NCBI GenBank assembly: GCA_020060775.1 | Contig: JAGUZN010000220.1 | Coordinates: 984-64,983 of the forward strand | Origin: Armatimonadota bacterium | Lineage (GTDB): Bacteria > Armatimonadota > Hebobacteria > CAIYQO01 | Reading direction: 5' to 3' | DNA length: 64,000 nucleotides | Shown: positions 37,933 to 46,905 of the stretch, in pieces | How the letters are laid out: every line of letters starts with the position of its first letter | Numbering within the stretch: the first letter of the stretch is position 1 | Notes under the pieces: generated by a model | What the model was told of the DNA's origin: nothing | Seen by the model: only the letters and a program-made list of their open reading frames with translations | The model's database searches: none | Made by a program: the position numbers and the translations under genes

Positions 37933-38309
37933 CCGTGGGCAATTCCATCATCGCCTGGGCAATATAGACACTTTTTTCTGAATTAGGTGACAGTATGGGC
38001 AAACTGAAGTGTTCTCAGGAGGCGCGTTTTTTCTTCCGGCATTTTGCCCGGCGTCGTCGCATCTCCTCATAATCGGGTAACGCGTATGCCGGTTCTTCCC
38101 CCTGTGCCCTGGCAGCTTTAGCGACTTGGCACCTGAGTACCCCACGTGCGAAGATATCGACGAGTTCCGCCAGGCGGGCCTCGGGGGTCATCTTGGTCGG
38201 GTCGATGGTGGTATTGAACATGGGACACACCCCTTTCATGAACGTATGACGGACAATACCTCAACATCGGCTGACATGGGAAGGGGATGGCGGAAGATTG
38301 TTTTTGAGG

Positions 38310-39698
38310 ATAACGTAGGATATTTTTCGCACTTTCACCGAGGGGTTGCGGTGTAGCCCTTTCGCTGAGTAGAGTGTAAGCGCCAACTTACCATACTCAC
38401 GAAAGGGACTACACACGATGAACACTACGACAATCACTGGTGAGAGTCAAGCCCAAGCCGGGCTGGTGACGATCAATGAGGGGGAGCTGCGGGCGCATCT
38501 CGACCAGATCGTCACCGGCGCGGTGGAAGAGACGCTGAACCAATTGCTTGACGCGGAAGCGGAGGCGTTGTGCCAGGCGCGACGCTATGAGCGGACGGCG
38601 ACGCGGCAAGATACGCGGGCCGGGCATTACGCGCGTAAGCTCCAGACGCGGGCGGGCGAGGTGACGCTGAAGGTGCCGAAACTGCGGCAGCTGACCTTTG
38701 AGACGGCGATCATCGAGCGCTACCAGCGCCGGGAAGCCTCGGTGGAAGAGGCGCTGATCGAGATGTACCTCGCCGGGGTGAGCGTCCGGCGGGTGGAAGA
38801 CATCACCGAGGCGCTGTGGGGCACGAAGGTGAGCGCCTCGACGGTGAGTGACTTGAATCAGAAGCTCTACCTGCGCCTGGACGACTGGTTGGCCCGTCCG
38901 TTGACCGGGGACTTTGCCTACGTCTATCTGGACGGGCTCTGGCTGAAGAAGAGTTGGGGCGGCGAGGTGCAGACGGTCTCGGTGCTGGTGGCGGTGGGGG
39001 TGAGCGCCGACGGCTACCGGGAGATCCTGGGAGTCGCCGAAGGCATGAAGGAGGATACCGCAAGTTGGCGGGACTTCCTGCGGGGGATGAGGGCGCGGGG
39101 ATTGCAGGGTATCCGGCTGGTGGTCTCCGATTGCTGCCTGGGGCTGGTGGAGGCGCTGGGCGAGGTCTTCCCCGAGGCTGCTTGGCAGCGGTGCGTGGTG
39201 CACTTCTACCGCAATGTGCTGGGACAGGTGCCGCGGGGTAAGAGCCGGGAGGTGGCGACGATGCTGAAGGCGATTCATGCCCAGGAGGATCGCACGGCTG
39301 CCCTGCAGAAAGCAGAGGATGTCGCCGGGAAACTCCGGGGGCTGAAGCTGGAGAAGGCGGCCAAGGTGCTCCAAGCGGGCATCGCCGATACGCTGGCGTA
39401 CTATGCCTTCCCGAGTGAGCACTGGCGGAGTCTGCGTACGAATAATCCGTTGGAACGACTGAATCGAGAGATCCGTCGGCGGACCCGCGTGGTGGGCTGT
39501 TTCCCCGATGGCCGCTCGGCGGTGATGCTGGTGACCGCGCGCCTGCGGTATCTGGCCAGTAAAGACTGGGGGACCAAGCGGTATTTGAACATGCAACGCC
39601 TCTGGGACGCGGCGCCTTCCGGGGAGGAGGGCGCGTAGCGCGGAGGACAATCAGGCGCTCATACTCTACAAAAAGTGCGAAAAACTCTGGACACTACC
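38310..39698 (+). mobile_element. IS256-family insertion sequence (~1.39 kb) with a target-site duplication
   Basis: Single mutator-type transposase gene. Imperfect terminal inverted repeats share a perfect 13-bp core TTTTTCGCACTTT (38323-38335 and the reverse complement of 39672-39684). Flanked by the direct repeat TTTTTGAGG at 38301-38309 and 39699-39707. Confidence 0.85.
38418..39638 (+). CDS. IS256-family (mutator-type) transposase
   Basis: LNQLLDAEAEALCQARRYERT..RAGHYARKLQTRAGEVTLKVPKLR..IERYQRRE..MYLAGVSVRRVEDI..YLDGLWLK matches the canonical IS256 Tnp pattern. Confidence 0.9.
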   Translation: MNTTTITGESQAQAGLVTINEGELRAHLDQIVTGAVEETLNQLLDAEAEALCQARRYERTATRQDTRAGHYARKLQTRAGEVTLKVPKLRQLTFETAIIERYQRREASVEEALIEMYLAGVSVRRVEDITEALWGTKVSASTVSDLNQKLYLRLDDWLARPLTGDFAYVYLDGLWLKKSWGGEVQTVSVLVAVGVSADGYREILGVAEGMKEDTASWRDFLRGMRARGLQGIRLVVSDCCLGLVEALGEVFPEAAWQRCVVHFYRNVLGQVPRGKSREVATMLKAIHAQEDRTAALQKAEDVAGKLRGLKLEKAAKVLQAGIADTLAYYAFPSEHWRSLRTNNPLERLNREIRRRTRVVGCFPDGRSAVMLVTARLRYLASKDWGTKRYLNMQRLWDAAPSGEEGA

Positions 39699-39914
39699 TT
39701 TTTGAGGTGGTTTTCGCTGGTCGTGGGGGAGGGGGGAACGGAAATATAACCGAGAGAGGAACATGGCAAAGAACATGTACGGTAAACCCGGAACTGACCG
39801 CCAAAAGAGGAACAATTTTATACTCAGCGGCTTGATGTGTTAATCGGCGTTTCGGGGTTAGGCCCCTGCGGAGCCACACCCCTTTCGCCAGCCAACTGCT
39901 TATAGCATTAGGTT

Positions 39915-39947
39915 AACCGACCGTCGGAGATCATCCGGCGGTTTTTT
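39915..39947 (+). terminator. Possible orphan intrinsic terminator
   Basis: AACCG(A)CCG..CGGCGGTT forms an 8-bp stem with one bulge, followed by TTTTTT. No obvious upstream plus-strand gene apart from the IS. Confidence 0.3.
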
Positions 39948-40242
39948 CGTGTTTGTGAGCACGAATTCTCTCTCGGCGAGAGATTTCAGGTACTTACCTT
40001 AGCACTACACGCGCCCCCCATCGCCACCCCATCTCTCCGAAATTGCCCACTTCTCTCTGCCGCTCTGAGAGGTTCTCTCTGTCCGGTTAACAGCATGCGG
40101 AAATGATTTTCAAAATGCGGAAAAAGTGTATACCGGGGTGGAAAAGTTGTAAAACAAGGGTGGAGAAACTGCTGACTGTTGAGTCATCGACGATGTCTAC
40201 TGTCCTACTTAAGCATATGCGTATTTTGGGAGAAGGGGTGAC

Positions 40243-41010
40243 ATGGGATGGAAGCGAAAGTATAATGATCTTATCGTGAAATCACCTACCTTGTTGAGGT
40301 ATTATGCTTCATCGAAGGGTATATCAATGTCACCAACTATTGGGCATCATTCAGAATTACCGCTTACGACCGAGCAAGTATTAGCGCTGACGCGCATAGT
40401 GTTTCTCGATCCAGTCGACCCTGTGCCGTGCGACTTGATTTTCATTTTCGGTGGAACGCATCCTGGGGCGTGGGAGGCAGGAGCCGAAGCTTACTTTAAC
40501 GGATTAGGGCAGCAAATCTTTGTGGTTGGCGGTATTCCCCGAAATCCGAAAGCACCGCATGTTTCCTGGACGGGCGAGGACCGCTTCGTCCCTAATTGCC
40601 GGCGAATTGCGACTAATCTGATTCGCCTTGGTGTCCCAGAACATGTCATCAGTTGCGACGAGCGTCCATTGAATTCCTACGAAGAGGCAATGTGCCTCCG
40701 TGCATTCATTGGTACTCACCCGGAAATCGTCAGTGTGCTCTTTATCTCAAAAGGCTGGGGAATCGGTCGGCAATTTCGTACGTTACACCACAACCTGCCT
40801 GGTGACATTGTATTGGTGCCATACCCCTTTGAAACTAACCTTGGTGAGGGTGAAGCTGTCACACGGGAAAATTGGGCTGACAGCCCACAGGGTAGAGCGA
40901 TGGTTATTGCAGAATACAACCGCATACTAACTTATGGAAAACAGGGCGGTCTCACACCGTTGGCGTCTCCGGTTGTTGGGTTAGAAGACATAAGACTATC
41001 GCATCTGTAG
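40243..41010 (+). CDS. DUF218/YdcF-like (ElyC/SanA family) protein
   Basis: CDLIFIFGGTHPGAWEAGAEAYFNGLGQQIFVVGG resembles the DUF218 core. Start may be ATG 40327. Confidence 0.4.
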   Translation: MGWKRKYNDLIVKSPTLLRYYASSKGISMSPTIGHHSELPLTTEQVLALTRIVFLDPVDPVPCDLIFIFGGTHPGAWEAGAEAYFNGLGQQIFVVGGIPRNPKAPHVSWTGEDRFVPNCRRIATNLIRLGVPEHVISCDERPLNSYEEAMCLRAFIGTHPEIVSVLFISKGWGIGRQFRTLHHNLPGDIVLVPYPFETNLGEGEAVTRENWADSPQGRAMVIAEYNRILTYGKQGGLTPLASPVVGLEDIRLSHL

Positions 41011-41459
41011 ATACACCCCAATTCCGTACAGGTTAGATGGTGATAGAATGGTACAAGCTTGATACCTGATGCGATATGTTGCCACTGCTGCCGTTGCATT
41101 GCCCAGTCTGGGATCATGGCAATCCGTCGCAACTCCTTTTCGCTCATCGGGTCTTTCCCGTGCTGCATCGGTAGCTCTGTCAGTTGCTCCTGAATCTCCG
41201 GTGCCAGGAATTTCAGCGTGAGAATCTGCGCGACCCGTGCTCGCGACATCTGTGCCAGCCGGGCGATCTCCGCATAGTCCTTTACGGCGCCTTGCGCGAT
41301 CAAGTCATCAAAGTGATGCGCCAGCGCCAGCACGCGCGCTACGCGGGGTATGCGTCCGACGGGCTGGGGCTTCTCGCCTTGTCGCAATACCTTCCGTCCC
41401 TTTGCTTGTGTGGCGAAATGCACAGTGTATTCCATGCGGAGTGGGGTCTCGGTGCTCAT
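40932..41459 (-). CDS. HTH protein of the type found downstream of large serine recombinases
   Basis: IPRVARVLALAHHFDDLIAQGAVKDYAEIARLAQMSRARVAQILTLKFLAPEIQEQL. This is the pattern I recall from accessory genes that follow serine recombinases. The 3' end overlaps the convergent gene by 79 nt. Confidence 0.45.
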   Translation of the reverse strand: MSTETPLRMEYTVHFATQAKGRKVLRQGEKPQPVGRIPRVARVLALAHHFDDLIAQGAVKDYAEIARLAQMSRARVAQILTLKFLAPEIQEQLTELPMQHGKDPMSEKELRRIAMIPDWAMQRQQWQHIASGIKLVPFYHHLTCTELGCIYRCDSLMSSNPTTGDANGVRPPCFP

Positions 41460-41462
41460 AGC

Positions 41463-41657
41463 TTATGCCTCCTCAATGTGTTGTGCGGCCAGTTGTTGGG
41501 CGCTGGTCATCTCATCGTATAATGCGGCGATGCCGGTGGGGCGGAAGGTGATGCCGATCTTCCCGGTGCTCGCGGTGAAGTCGATCTGCTCAATGAGCAA
41601 ACGCAGGATGCGTGCGCGCTCGACGCGGTAGAGGACATCCCAGACCGGATCGAACAA
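41463..41657 (-). pseudogene. C-terminal remnant of a large serine recombinase
   Basis: FDPVWDVLYRVERARILRLLIEQIDFTASTGKIGITFRPTGIAALYDEM matches the conserved extreme C-terminus of recombinase-family proteins. The catalytic N-terminal part is absent, and the upstream sequence is replaced by the repeat array at 41680. Confidence 0.5.
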
Positions 41658-41679
41658 TTCCAGCGCGGCGCGGAAGTCC

Positions 41680-41798
41680 GTAATACGGTGACACGTAATA
41701 CGGTGACAGGTTAGTAATACTGTGACAGGTTATGTATTTCGCGTAATACGGTGACAGGTTATGTATTTCGCAATAATAGCTAACCTGTCATCGTATTC
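41680..41798. repeat. Iteron-like array: four direct copies and one inverted copy of GTAATACGGTGACAGGTTA
   Basis: Direct copies lie at 41680-41693 (14 bp), 41695-41713 (19 bp), 41714-41742 and 41743-41771. The last two are a 29-bp tandem pair with one mismatch. An inverted copy TAACCTGTCATCGTATTC lies at 41781-41798. Confidence 0.8.
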
Positions 41799-41952
41799 TA
41801 TGGCGACGCGAATTATGTAAGTTCTCGACCTTTAATGTTATGGTATGCCTCGACGATATAGAGATGATGGTTGACATGAGAGAAGAGAAAAGCGTATATC
41901 TTCTTGTTTGGCCGTGACCGAATCTATTCACACCATGAGGAGATTTCCCGAA

Positions 41953-42699
41953 ATGGACATTCCCCGGATCTTCAATATCACTGAAAGCGCTCACCGCATC
42001 CATAACCCGTTTACACCCGACAAGCTCGCTAGGCTCGGCGAGGCGCTGCGTCTGGAAAGGGGGACCCGCGTGCTCGACCTCGGCAGCGGTTCGGGGGAGA
42101 TGCTGTGCACCTGGGCACGTGATCACGGAGTCATCGGCACCGGCATCGACATGAGCCAATTGTTCACGGAGCACGCGAAAATCCGCGCTAAAGAACTCGG
42201 CGTCGCCGATCAAGTCCAGTTCATCCATGACGATGCTGCCGGCTACGTCGCCGACGAAAAGGTCGATGTGGCAGCCTGTGTCGGCGCCACGTGGATCGGC
42301 GGTGGAGTCCCCGGCACGATCGAGCTGCTGGCACAGAGCCTCAGCACCGGAGGGATCATCCTCATCGGCGAGCCCTACTGGCGGCAGTTACCGCCGACGG
42401 ACGATGTTGTCAAAGGGTGTCATGCCCATTCAATCTCCGACTATCTCATACTGCCTGAACTACTCGCGTCGTTCGGCCGCCTTGGCTATGATGTCGTGGA
42501 AATGGTGCTGGCTGACCAGGATGCCTGGGACAGATACGAGGCGGCCAAATGGCTCACCATGCGCCGATGGCTTGATGCCAATCCCGACGATGAGCTCGCG
42601 AACGATGTCCGAGTCCAACTGACCTCGGAACCTGAGCGCTACGCCACGTACACGCGTGAATATATGGGCTGGGGCGTGTTCGCACTGATGGCGCGGTGA
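41953..42699 (+). CDS. Class I SAM-dependent methyltransferase
   Basis: VLDLGSGSGEMLCTWARDHGVIGTGIDMS. Start chosen at ATG 41953, after GAGGAG. The ORF is open from 41908. Confidence 0.7.
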   Translation: MDIPRIFNITESAHRIHNPFTPDKLARLGEALRLERGTRVLDLGSGSGEMLCTWARDHGVIGTGIDMSQLFTEHAKIRAKELGVADQVQFIHDDAAGYVADEKVDVAACVGATWIGGGVPGTIELLAQSLSTGGIILIGEPYWRQLPPTDDVVKGCHAHSISDYLILPELLASFGRLGYDVVEMVLADQDAWDRYEAAKWLTMRRWLDANPDDELANDVRVQLTSEPERYATYTREYMGWGVFALMAR

Positions 42700-42762
42700 T
42701 GCGTTGTGGCATCCAGCGGGTTGTCACTGACACCGCGTCCTGACTATAACCGGAGGGTAGCT

Positions 42763-43404
42763 ATGCCGAACGTTGTCATTTTTGGAGCGAATGGGCTGAC
42801 TGGCCAGCAGCTCATCACACAGATGCTGGCCAAGGGGTGGAGCGTCACGGGAGCCGTACGTCGGCCGGAAACGCTGGAAGCCTTTGGCTCGCAGATTACT
42901 GTCAAGCAGATCGCTTTTAATAACGATGACAGTATTCGGAGTGCCGTCTCCGGACAGGATGTCGTCGTTTCTGCACTTGGATCTGGAGGACTCCGCGAGT
43001 CAGCGCGACCCACCAATCTATATAGCACGTCGATCAAAGCAATCACCAACGCCATGCTGGAGCAACGTATCTCTCGCGTGTATACGATCTCTTCCGGGGG
43101 CGTCGAGTATGATGCGGGTGCCCCCTGGTACTTCCGAGCTTTGCTTAGGCCGTACTTGATTAACAACTACCTCGACATGATGAAGATGGAGACGATCCTC
43201 GAAGAATCCCCATCGCTGATCGAGTGGACTATTGTCCGTCCAACTTATCTGCTGGATGGCCCGTCCAGACAGTATCTGGTGAGCGACCGGACACTTGGTA
43301 CAGGGTCATTCAAAATTCACCGGGTGGACGTGGCAGCCTTTATTATCCAGGATATCGAACGCGGGGAATGGATCCGTAAGCATCCCGTGCTTGGATACCC
43401 GTGA
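42763..43404 (+). CDS. NAD(P)H-binding (NmrA/atypical SDR-like) oxidoreductase
   Basis: MPNVVIFGANGLTGQQLITQMLAKGWSVTGAVRRPE is a Rossmann GxxGxxG. Start is ATG 42763 after GGAGGG. Confidence 0.7.
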   Translation: MPNVVIFGANGLTGQQLITQMLAKGWSVTGAVRRPETLEAFGSQITVKQIAFNNDDSIRSAVSGQDVVVSALGSGGLRESARPTNLYSTSIKAITNAMLEQRISRVYTISSGGVEYDAGAPWYFRALLRPYLINNYLDMMKMETILEESPSLIEWTIVRPTYLLDGPSRQYLVSDRTLGTGSFKIHRVDVAAFIIQDIERGEWIRKHPVLGYP

Positions 43405-43604
43405 TCTTCATTGGGAAATGCTTGCATCAGCGAGTGGCTGTGACAGCGGATGGTCGGAGCGTTTTCGCATGCATGCTCGATTAGGACCCTGATACCGTTG
43501 CCGCCAAGCGAGAGACCCTATTCTCTACAATCTGAATACTGATCAGGTTAACTGCCGACGCGGGCAAGGTGTGGAACGATGGTGGTTTTAGGTGACCCCA
43601 GTGT

Positions 43605-43776
43605 CCTAAAAACTGTTTTGAAAGTCTCTATCCGGTCTCGCTTGATCTTTTCGCGGCGGTCCCTGCCGGGCCTCCTCACCCTATCGGCCCTGGATAGTAC
43701 CTCGTCGTCCCGGCAGGGACCGCCGCGAACATCTACGGCGCGATCCGCGAACAGATCCTTTCAAAACAATTTCTAA
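43605..43776. repeat. 172-bp hairpin-forming, TIR-bounded repeat element, copy 1 (MITE-like or structured RNA)
   Basis: ~85% identical to 62200-62372. Terminal inverted repeats are (G)AAACTGTTTTGAAAG and CTTTCAAAACAATTTC. TAA is present on both flanks. The internal perfect 20-bp stem pairs 43651-43670 with 43709-43728. Confidence 0.8.
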
Positions 43777-44151
43777 GATATGCGAGAAGAGCCCCGAGCA
43801 GTTGGATGTCAAGACGATTTTCAGCGGCAGGTCTCTTGGACATGTTATCGGCAATGATGGGCGGCGAGTTGCGGCCGTGGAGATCTGGTCGAAATATGGC
43901 GATTTGGTCGGGAAGAGGTGCGAGAGATGCGCTCACGAGCCCGGCGCAATATGCCCCTTCCACTCTTTCGTGCAATCAATCATGTCATTTCATCGATGCC
44001 ACCTACTTGACAGGGAAGAGGGATCGTGATTCAATATAAGTGTAGTTTACACCTATGGGTGAGTAACATCACGTTCGACAAGACGTGAATGCCCTGCCCA
44101 GCCATGTAGAGCATTCCAGACGGATTCGGCTGGAATGGAAAGGAGCAGACA

Positions 44152-44484
44152 ATGCCAGGTGGAGATGGAACAGGCCCAGCGGGAGTGGGCCCGATGACGG
44201 GGCGAGGAGCCGGCTACTGCGCCGGCGCCGGTGTTGCGGGAAGCGCATCGCTGATCCCCGGTCGCGGACGCGGCATGGGGCTTGGCCGGGGTTTCGGTCG
44301 TGGCGTGTGTCGCGGTCTCGGATGGATTGGCGTCCTTGCGGCCGGCGGCTTGCTCGCTCGCACATTGTTCGGTTCGGCATCGAGAGCCGATGAAAAGGCC
44401 CTGTTGACCGAACAGGCCAGGAATATGGAAGGCGCGCTCGCCAATATCAAGCAGCGCCTGAGTGAACTTGACAAAGACGAGTGA
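44152..44484 (+). CDS. DUF5320-family protein
   Basis: MPGGDGTGPAGVGPMTGRGAGYCAG N-terminus, a Gly/Arg-rich middle, and a C-terminal coiled coil (LTEQARNMEGALANIKQRLSEL). Confidence 0.7.
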   Translation: MPGGDGTGPAGVGPMTGRGAGYCAGAGVAGSASLIPGRGRGMGLGRGFGRGVCRGLGWIGVLAAGGLLARTLFGSASRADEKALLTEQARNMEGALANIKQRLSELDKDE

Positions 44485-44547
44485 TCCCCGTGCTGCCTGA
44501 CCGGCAGTTCTGGCTGGTCAGGCAGCGTGACACCAGGAGTGCCAGTT

Positions 44548-45393
44548 ATGCGCATCGCCATCGCCAGCGGGAAAGGCGGCACCGGAAAGACCACGGTGGC
44601 CGTCAATCTTGCGCGCATCCTCTGCCGCCGGGAGGCGGTGCAATACGTGGATTGCGATGTCGAGGAACCTAATGGTCATCTTTTCCTCACGCCGTCGATC
44701 ACGCAGACGGCACCGGTGACGATCCCTGTCCCCGACGTGCGCGACGATCGCTGTACGCATTGTGGGGCGTGCAGTCAACTCTGCCAGTATCATGCCATCG
44801 CCGTGCTCAATCACATGACGCTGGTGTTCCCGGAGCTCTGTCACGGCTGCGGCGGGTGCGCCCGCGTCTGCCCGGAGCAGGCCATCAGCGAGGTGGGGCG
44901 TCCCATCGGGGTTGTCGAACGTGGGATGGCCGGCAGCGTGGCGTTTGTGCACGGGCGGCTGAATGTGGGCGAAGCGATGAGCCCGCCGCTGATACGGGCG
45001 GTGCAGGCGTTGGCGGACCCACAGGCGACCGTCATTCTCGATGCGCCGCCGGGTACCTCCTGTCCGGTCATCGCCGCGATTCGCCCGAGCGACGCGGTGG
45101 TGCTGGTCACCGAGCCGACCGCCTTCGGTCTGCATGACCTGACGCTGGCGGTGGAGATGGTGCGCGTGCTCTCTCGTCCCATGGGTGTGGTGCTCAACCG
45201 CGCGGATATGGGTGATGACCGTGTCGAGCAGTTTTGCGCGCGGGAAGGCATTCCCATTTGGGGGCGCATTCCGCATGACCGGCGGATTGCCGAGGCCTAC
45301 TCGCGAGGGGAGATCGCCGTTGATGTCCTTCCGGACACCATACCCTTTTTTGCGGCCGTTATCGATGCCATCCGAAGTGAGGTGCCGGCATGA
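44548..45393 (+). CDS. MinD/Mrp-like P-loop ATPase with a 4Fe-4S ferredoxin-type insert
   Basis: MRIAIASGKGGTGKTTVAVNLA is a deviant Walker A. CTHCGACSQLCQYHAI and CHGCGGCARVCPEQAI are Cys motifs. Confidence 0.8.
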   Translation: MRIAIASGKGGTGKTTVAVNLARILCRREAVQYVDCDVEEPNGHLFLTPSITQTAPVTIPVPDVRDDRCTHCGACSQLCQYHAIAVLNHMTLVFPELCHGCGGCARVCPEQAISEVGRPIGVVERGMAGSVAFVHGRLNVGEAMSPPLIRAVQALADPQATVILDAPPGTSCPVIAAIRPSDAVVLVTEPTAFGLHDLTLAVEMVRVLSRPMGVVLNRADMGDDRVEQFCAREGIPIWGRIPHDRRIAEAYSRGEIAVDVLPDTIPFFAAVIDAIRSEVPA

Positions 45394-46298
45394 GAGAGAT
45401 TGTGATCATCAGCGGCAAGGGGGGCACGGGGAAAACGAGCGTGACGGCAGCCTTTGCCAGTATAGCCCCACGTGCTGTGCTGGTGGACTGCGATGTCGAT
45501 GCCGCCGACCTGCACCTCATTCTCACCCCCACCGTGCAGGAGACGCATGAATTTTATGGCGGCAACACCGCACGCATCGCACAGGAGCGTTGCCGGCGGT
45601 GCGGGATATGCGTTGACGTGTGCCGCTTCGGCGCGGTCTTCACTGACTCTCGTGAGACTGACGATGATCGAGCTGCGGTGTACGCGATCGATCCGATCGC
45701 CTGTGAGGGGTGCGGTGTCTGTGCACATCTGTGTCCCCATCAGGCCATTGCCTTTACCGAGGCCCTCAACGGCCACTGGTTCCACTCTGACACCCGCATG
45801 GGCCCCATGGTGCATGCGCGGCTGGGCGTGGCGGAAGAGAACTCGGGAAAGCTGGTGACGCTCATTCGGCGTGAAGCGCGCGCCCTGGCCGAGGCCCAGG
45901 GGCATGATCTGATCCTGGTGGACGGCCCGCCGGGCATCGGGTGTCCGGTGATCGCTTCACTGTCAGGCGCCGATCACGTGGTGATTGTGACCGAGCCGAC
46001 GGTTTCCGGCAGTCACGATATGGCACGCGTGGTCTCGCTGGCTGCACACTTCAACGTGCCGGCCAGCGTCATCATCAATAAAGCGGATCTCAATCGGGAT
46101 AAAGCCGCGGAGATTGTGCACTATGCACTGGCGCACCGGATCGGCGTACTGGGTGAGATTCCGTATGATTCGGTGATCACGCGCGCGCAACTCGCCGGCC
46201 TCAGTGTGATCGAGTATGGCGATAATCCGGCGAGTGATGCATTGCGCACGATCTGGAGCCGGCTGCAGCAGCATATGGCAACAGAATGTGTTCGATGA
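45390..46298 (+). CDS. MinD/Mrp-like P-loop ATPase with a 4Fe-4S ferredoxin-type insert (paralogue)
   Basis: MREIVIISGKGGTGKTSVTAAFA. CRRCGICVDVCRFGAV and CEGCGVCAHLCPHQAI. ATGA overlap with the upstream gene. Confidence 0.8.
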   Translation: MREIVIISGKGGTGKTSVTAAFASIAPRAVLVDCDVDAADLHLILTPTVQETHEFYGGNTARIAQERCRRCGICVDVCRFGAVFTDSRETDDDRAAVYAIDPIACEGCGVCAHLCPHQAIAFTEALNGHWFHSDTRMGPMVHARLGVAEENSGKLVTLIRREARALAEAQGHDLILVDGPPGIGCPVIASLSGADHVVIVTEPTVSGSHDMARVVSLAAHFNVPASVIINKADLNRDKAAEIVHYALAHRIGVLGEIPYDSVITRAQLAGLSVIEYGDNPASDALRTIWSRLQQHMATECVR

Positions 46299-46386
46299 GG
46301 AATTTGCCGCACGGATTGGCATGCAGGCAGGGTATCTGACGTCGGTGATCGGGTAGTCCCTCTGGCCATCAGCCCTCTGGGTGGGC

Positions 46387-46773
46387 TTACTGCACCGCCC
46401 GCACATCATCGACAAACGCGGCCATGGCCTGGGAGAGCTTTTCGAGGACCACGCTCCACTCGCGGAGATGTTCGTCGCCACTCTCGGTCAATCGATAGAC
46501 ATGGCGCGCGGGACCACTGCCGCTCACATCCCACTCGGAAACCACATGGCCATTCATCTCGAGTTGTTTCAGCGTGCGGTAGAGCGCGGCCCGTTCGATC
46601 TCGGCGTCCGTGAGCGCATGCTCATTCAGCGCCGTCGCCAATTCGTAGCCATACGACGGACCATGTTTCTTGAGCAACAGGAGCACGACCGGCTCAACGA
46701 ACCGGTAGAGATTTCCCATCGCGCAGGTGCATGGACGATCGGCGCCATGACGATGACACTGGCCTCTTGGCAT
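46387..46773 (-). CDS. PadR-family transcriptional regulator with a Cys/His-rich N-terminal extension
   Basis: VVLLLLKKHGPSYGYELATAL..LYRTLKQLEMNGHVVSEW..RHVYRLTESG is a PadR winged helix. N-terminal CHRHGADRPCTC. Confidence 0.7.
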   Translation of the reverse strand: MPRGQCHRHGADRPCTCAMGNLYRFVEPVVLLLLKKHGPSYGYELATALNEHALTDAEIERAALYRTLKQLEMNGHVVSEWDVSGSGPARHVYRLTESGDEHLREWSVVLEKLSQAMAAFVDDVRAVQ

Positions 46774-46905
46774 AGAATAATTTCTCCCTATGTGTGAAAT
46801 GCGGATATAGACAATAATTATACCATGCCACGCCGGCCTTGTCGCATCGGGCGGTGGGTAGAGCTTGTTTGATTTCGCACCTGCAATCTGTCGTGTAGTA
46901 CCCGC

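Noticed and set aside
38015-38239. 74-aa minus-strand ORF (MFNTTIDPTKMTPEARLAELVDIFARG..RRRRAKCRKKKRAS) next to the IS256 insertion
   Set aside because: It looks like a possible gene fragment, but I recognise no family, the tail is highly basic and there is no clear RBS. There is insufficient evidence for a feature call.
38409-39650. 413-aa minus-strand ORF covering the whole IS256 element
   Set aside because: It is antisense to an unmistakable IS256 transposase. Its sequence is Pro/Arg/His/Leu-rich with no motifs.
41714-41771. 29-bp tandem repeat considered as a mini-CRISPR array
   Set aside because: The repeats are directly adjacent with no spacers. There are only two full units, and no cas genes occur in the window.
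43605-43776. Hairpin element considered as an integron attC site or a simple Rho-independent terminator
   Set aside because: No intI gene or cassette structure is present and the GTTRRRY core is absent. At 172 nt, with TIRs and flanking TAA and no U-tract, it is not a simple terminator.
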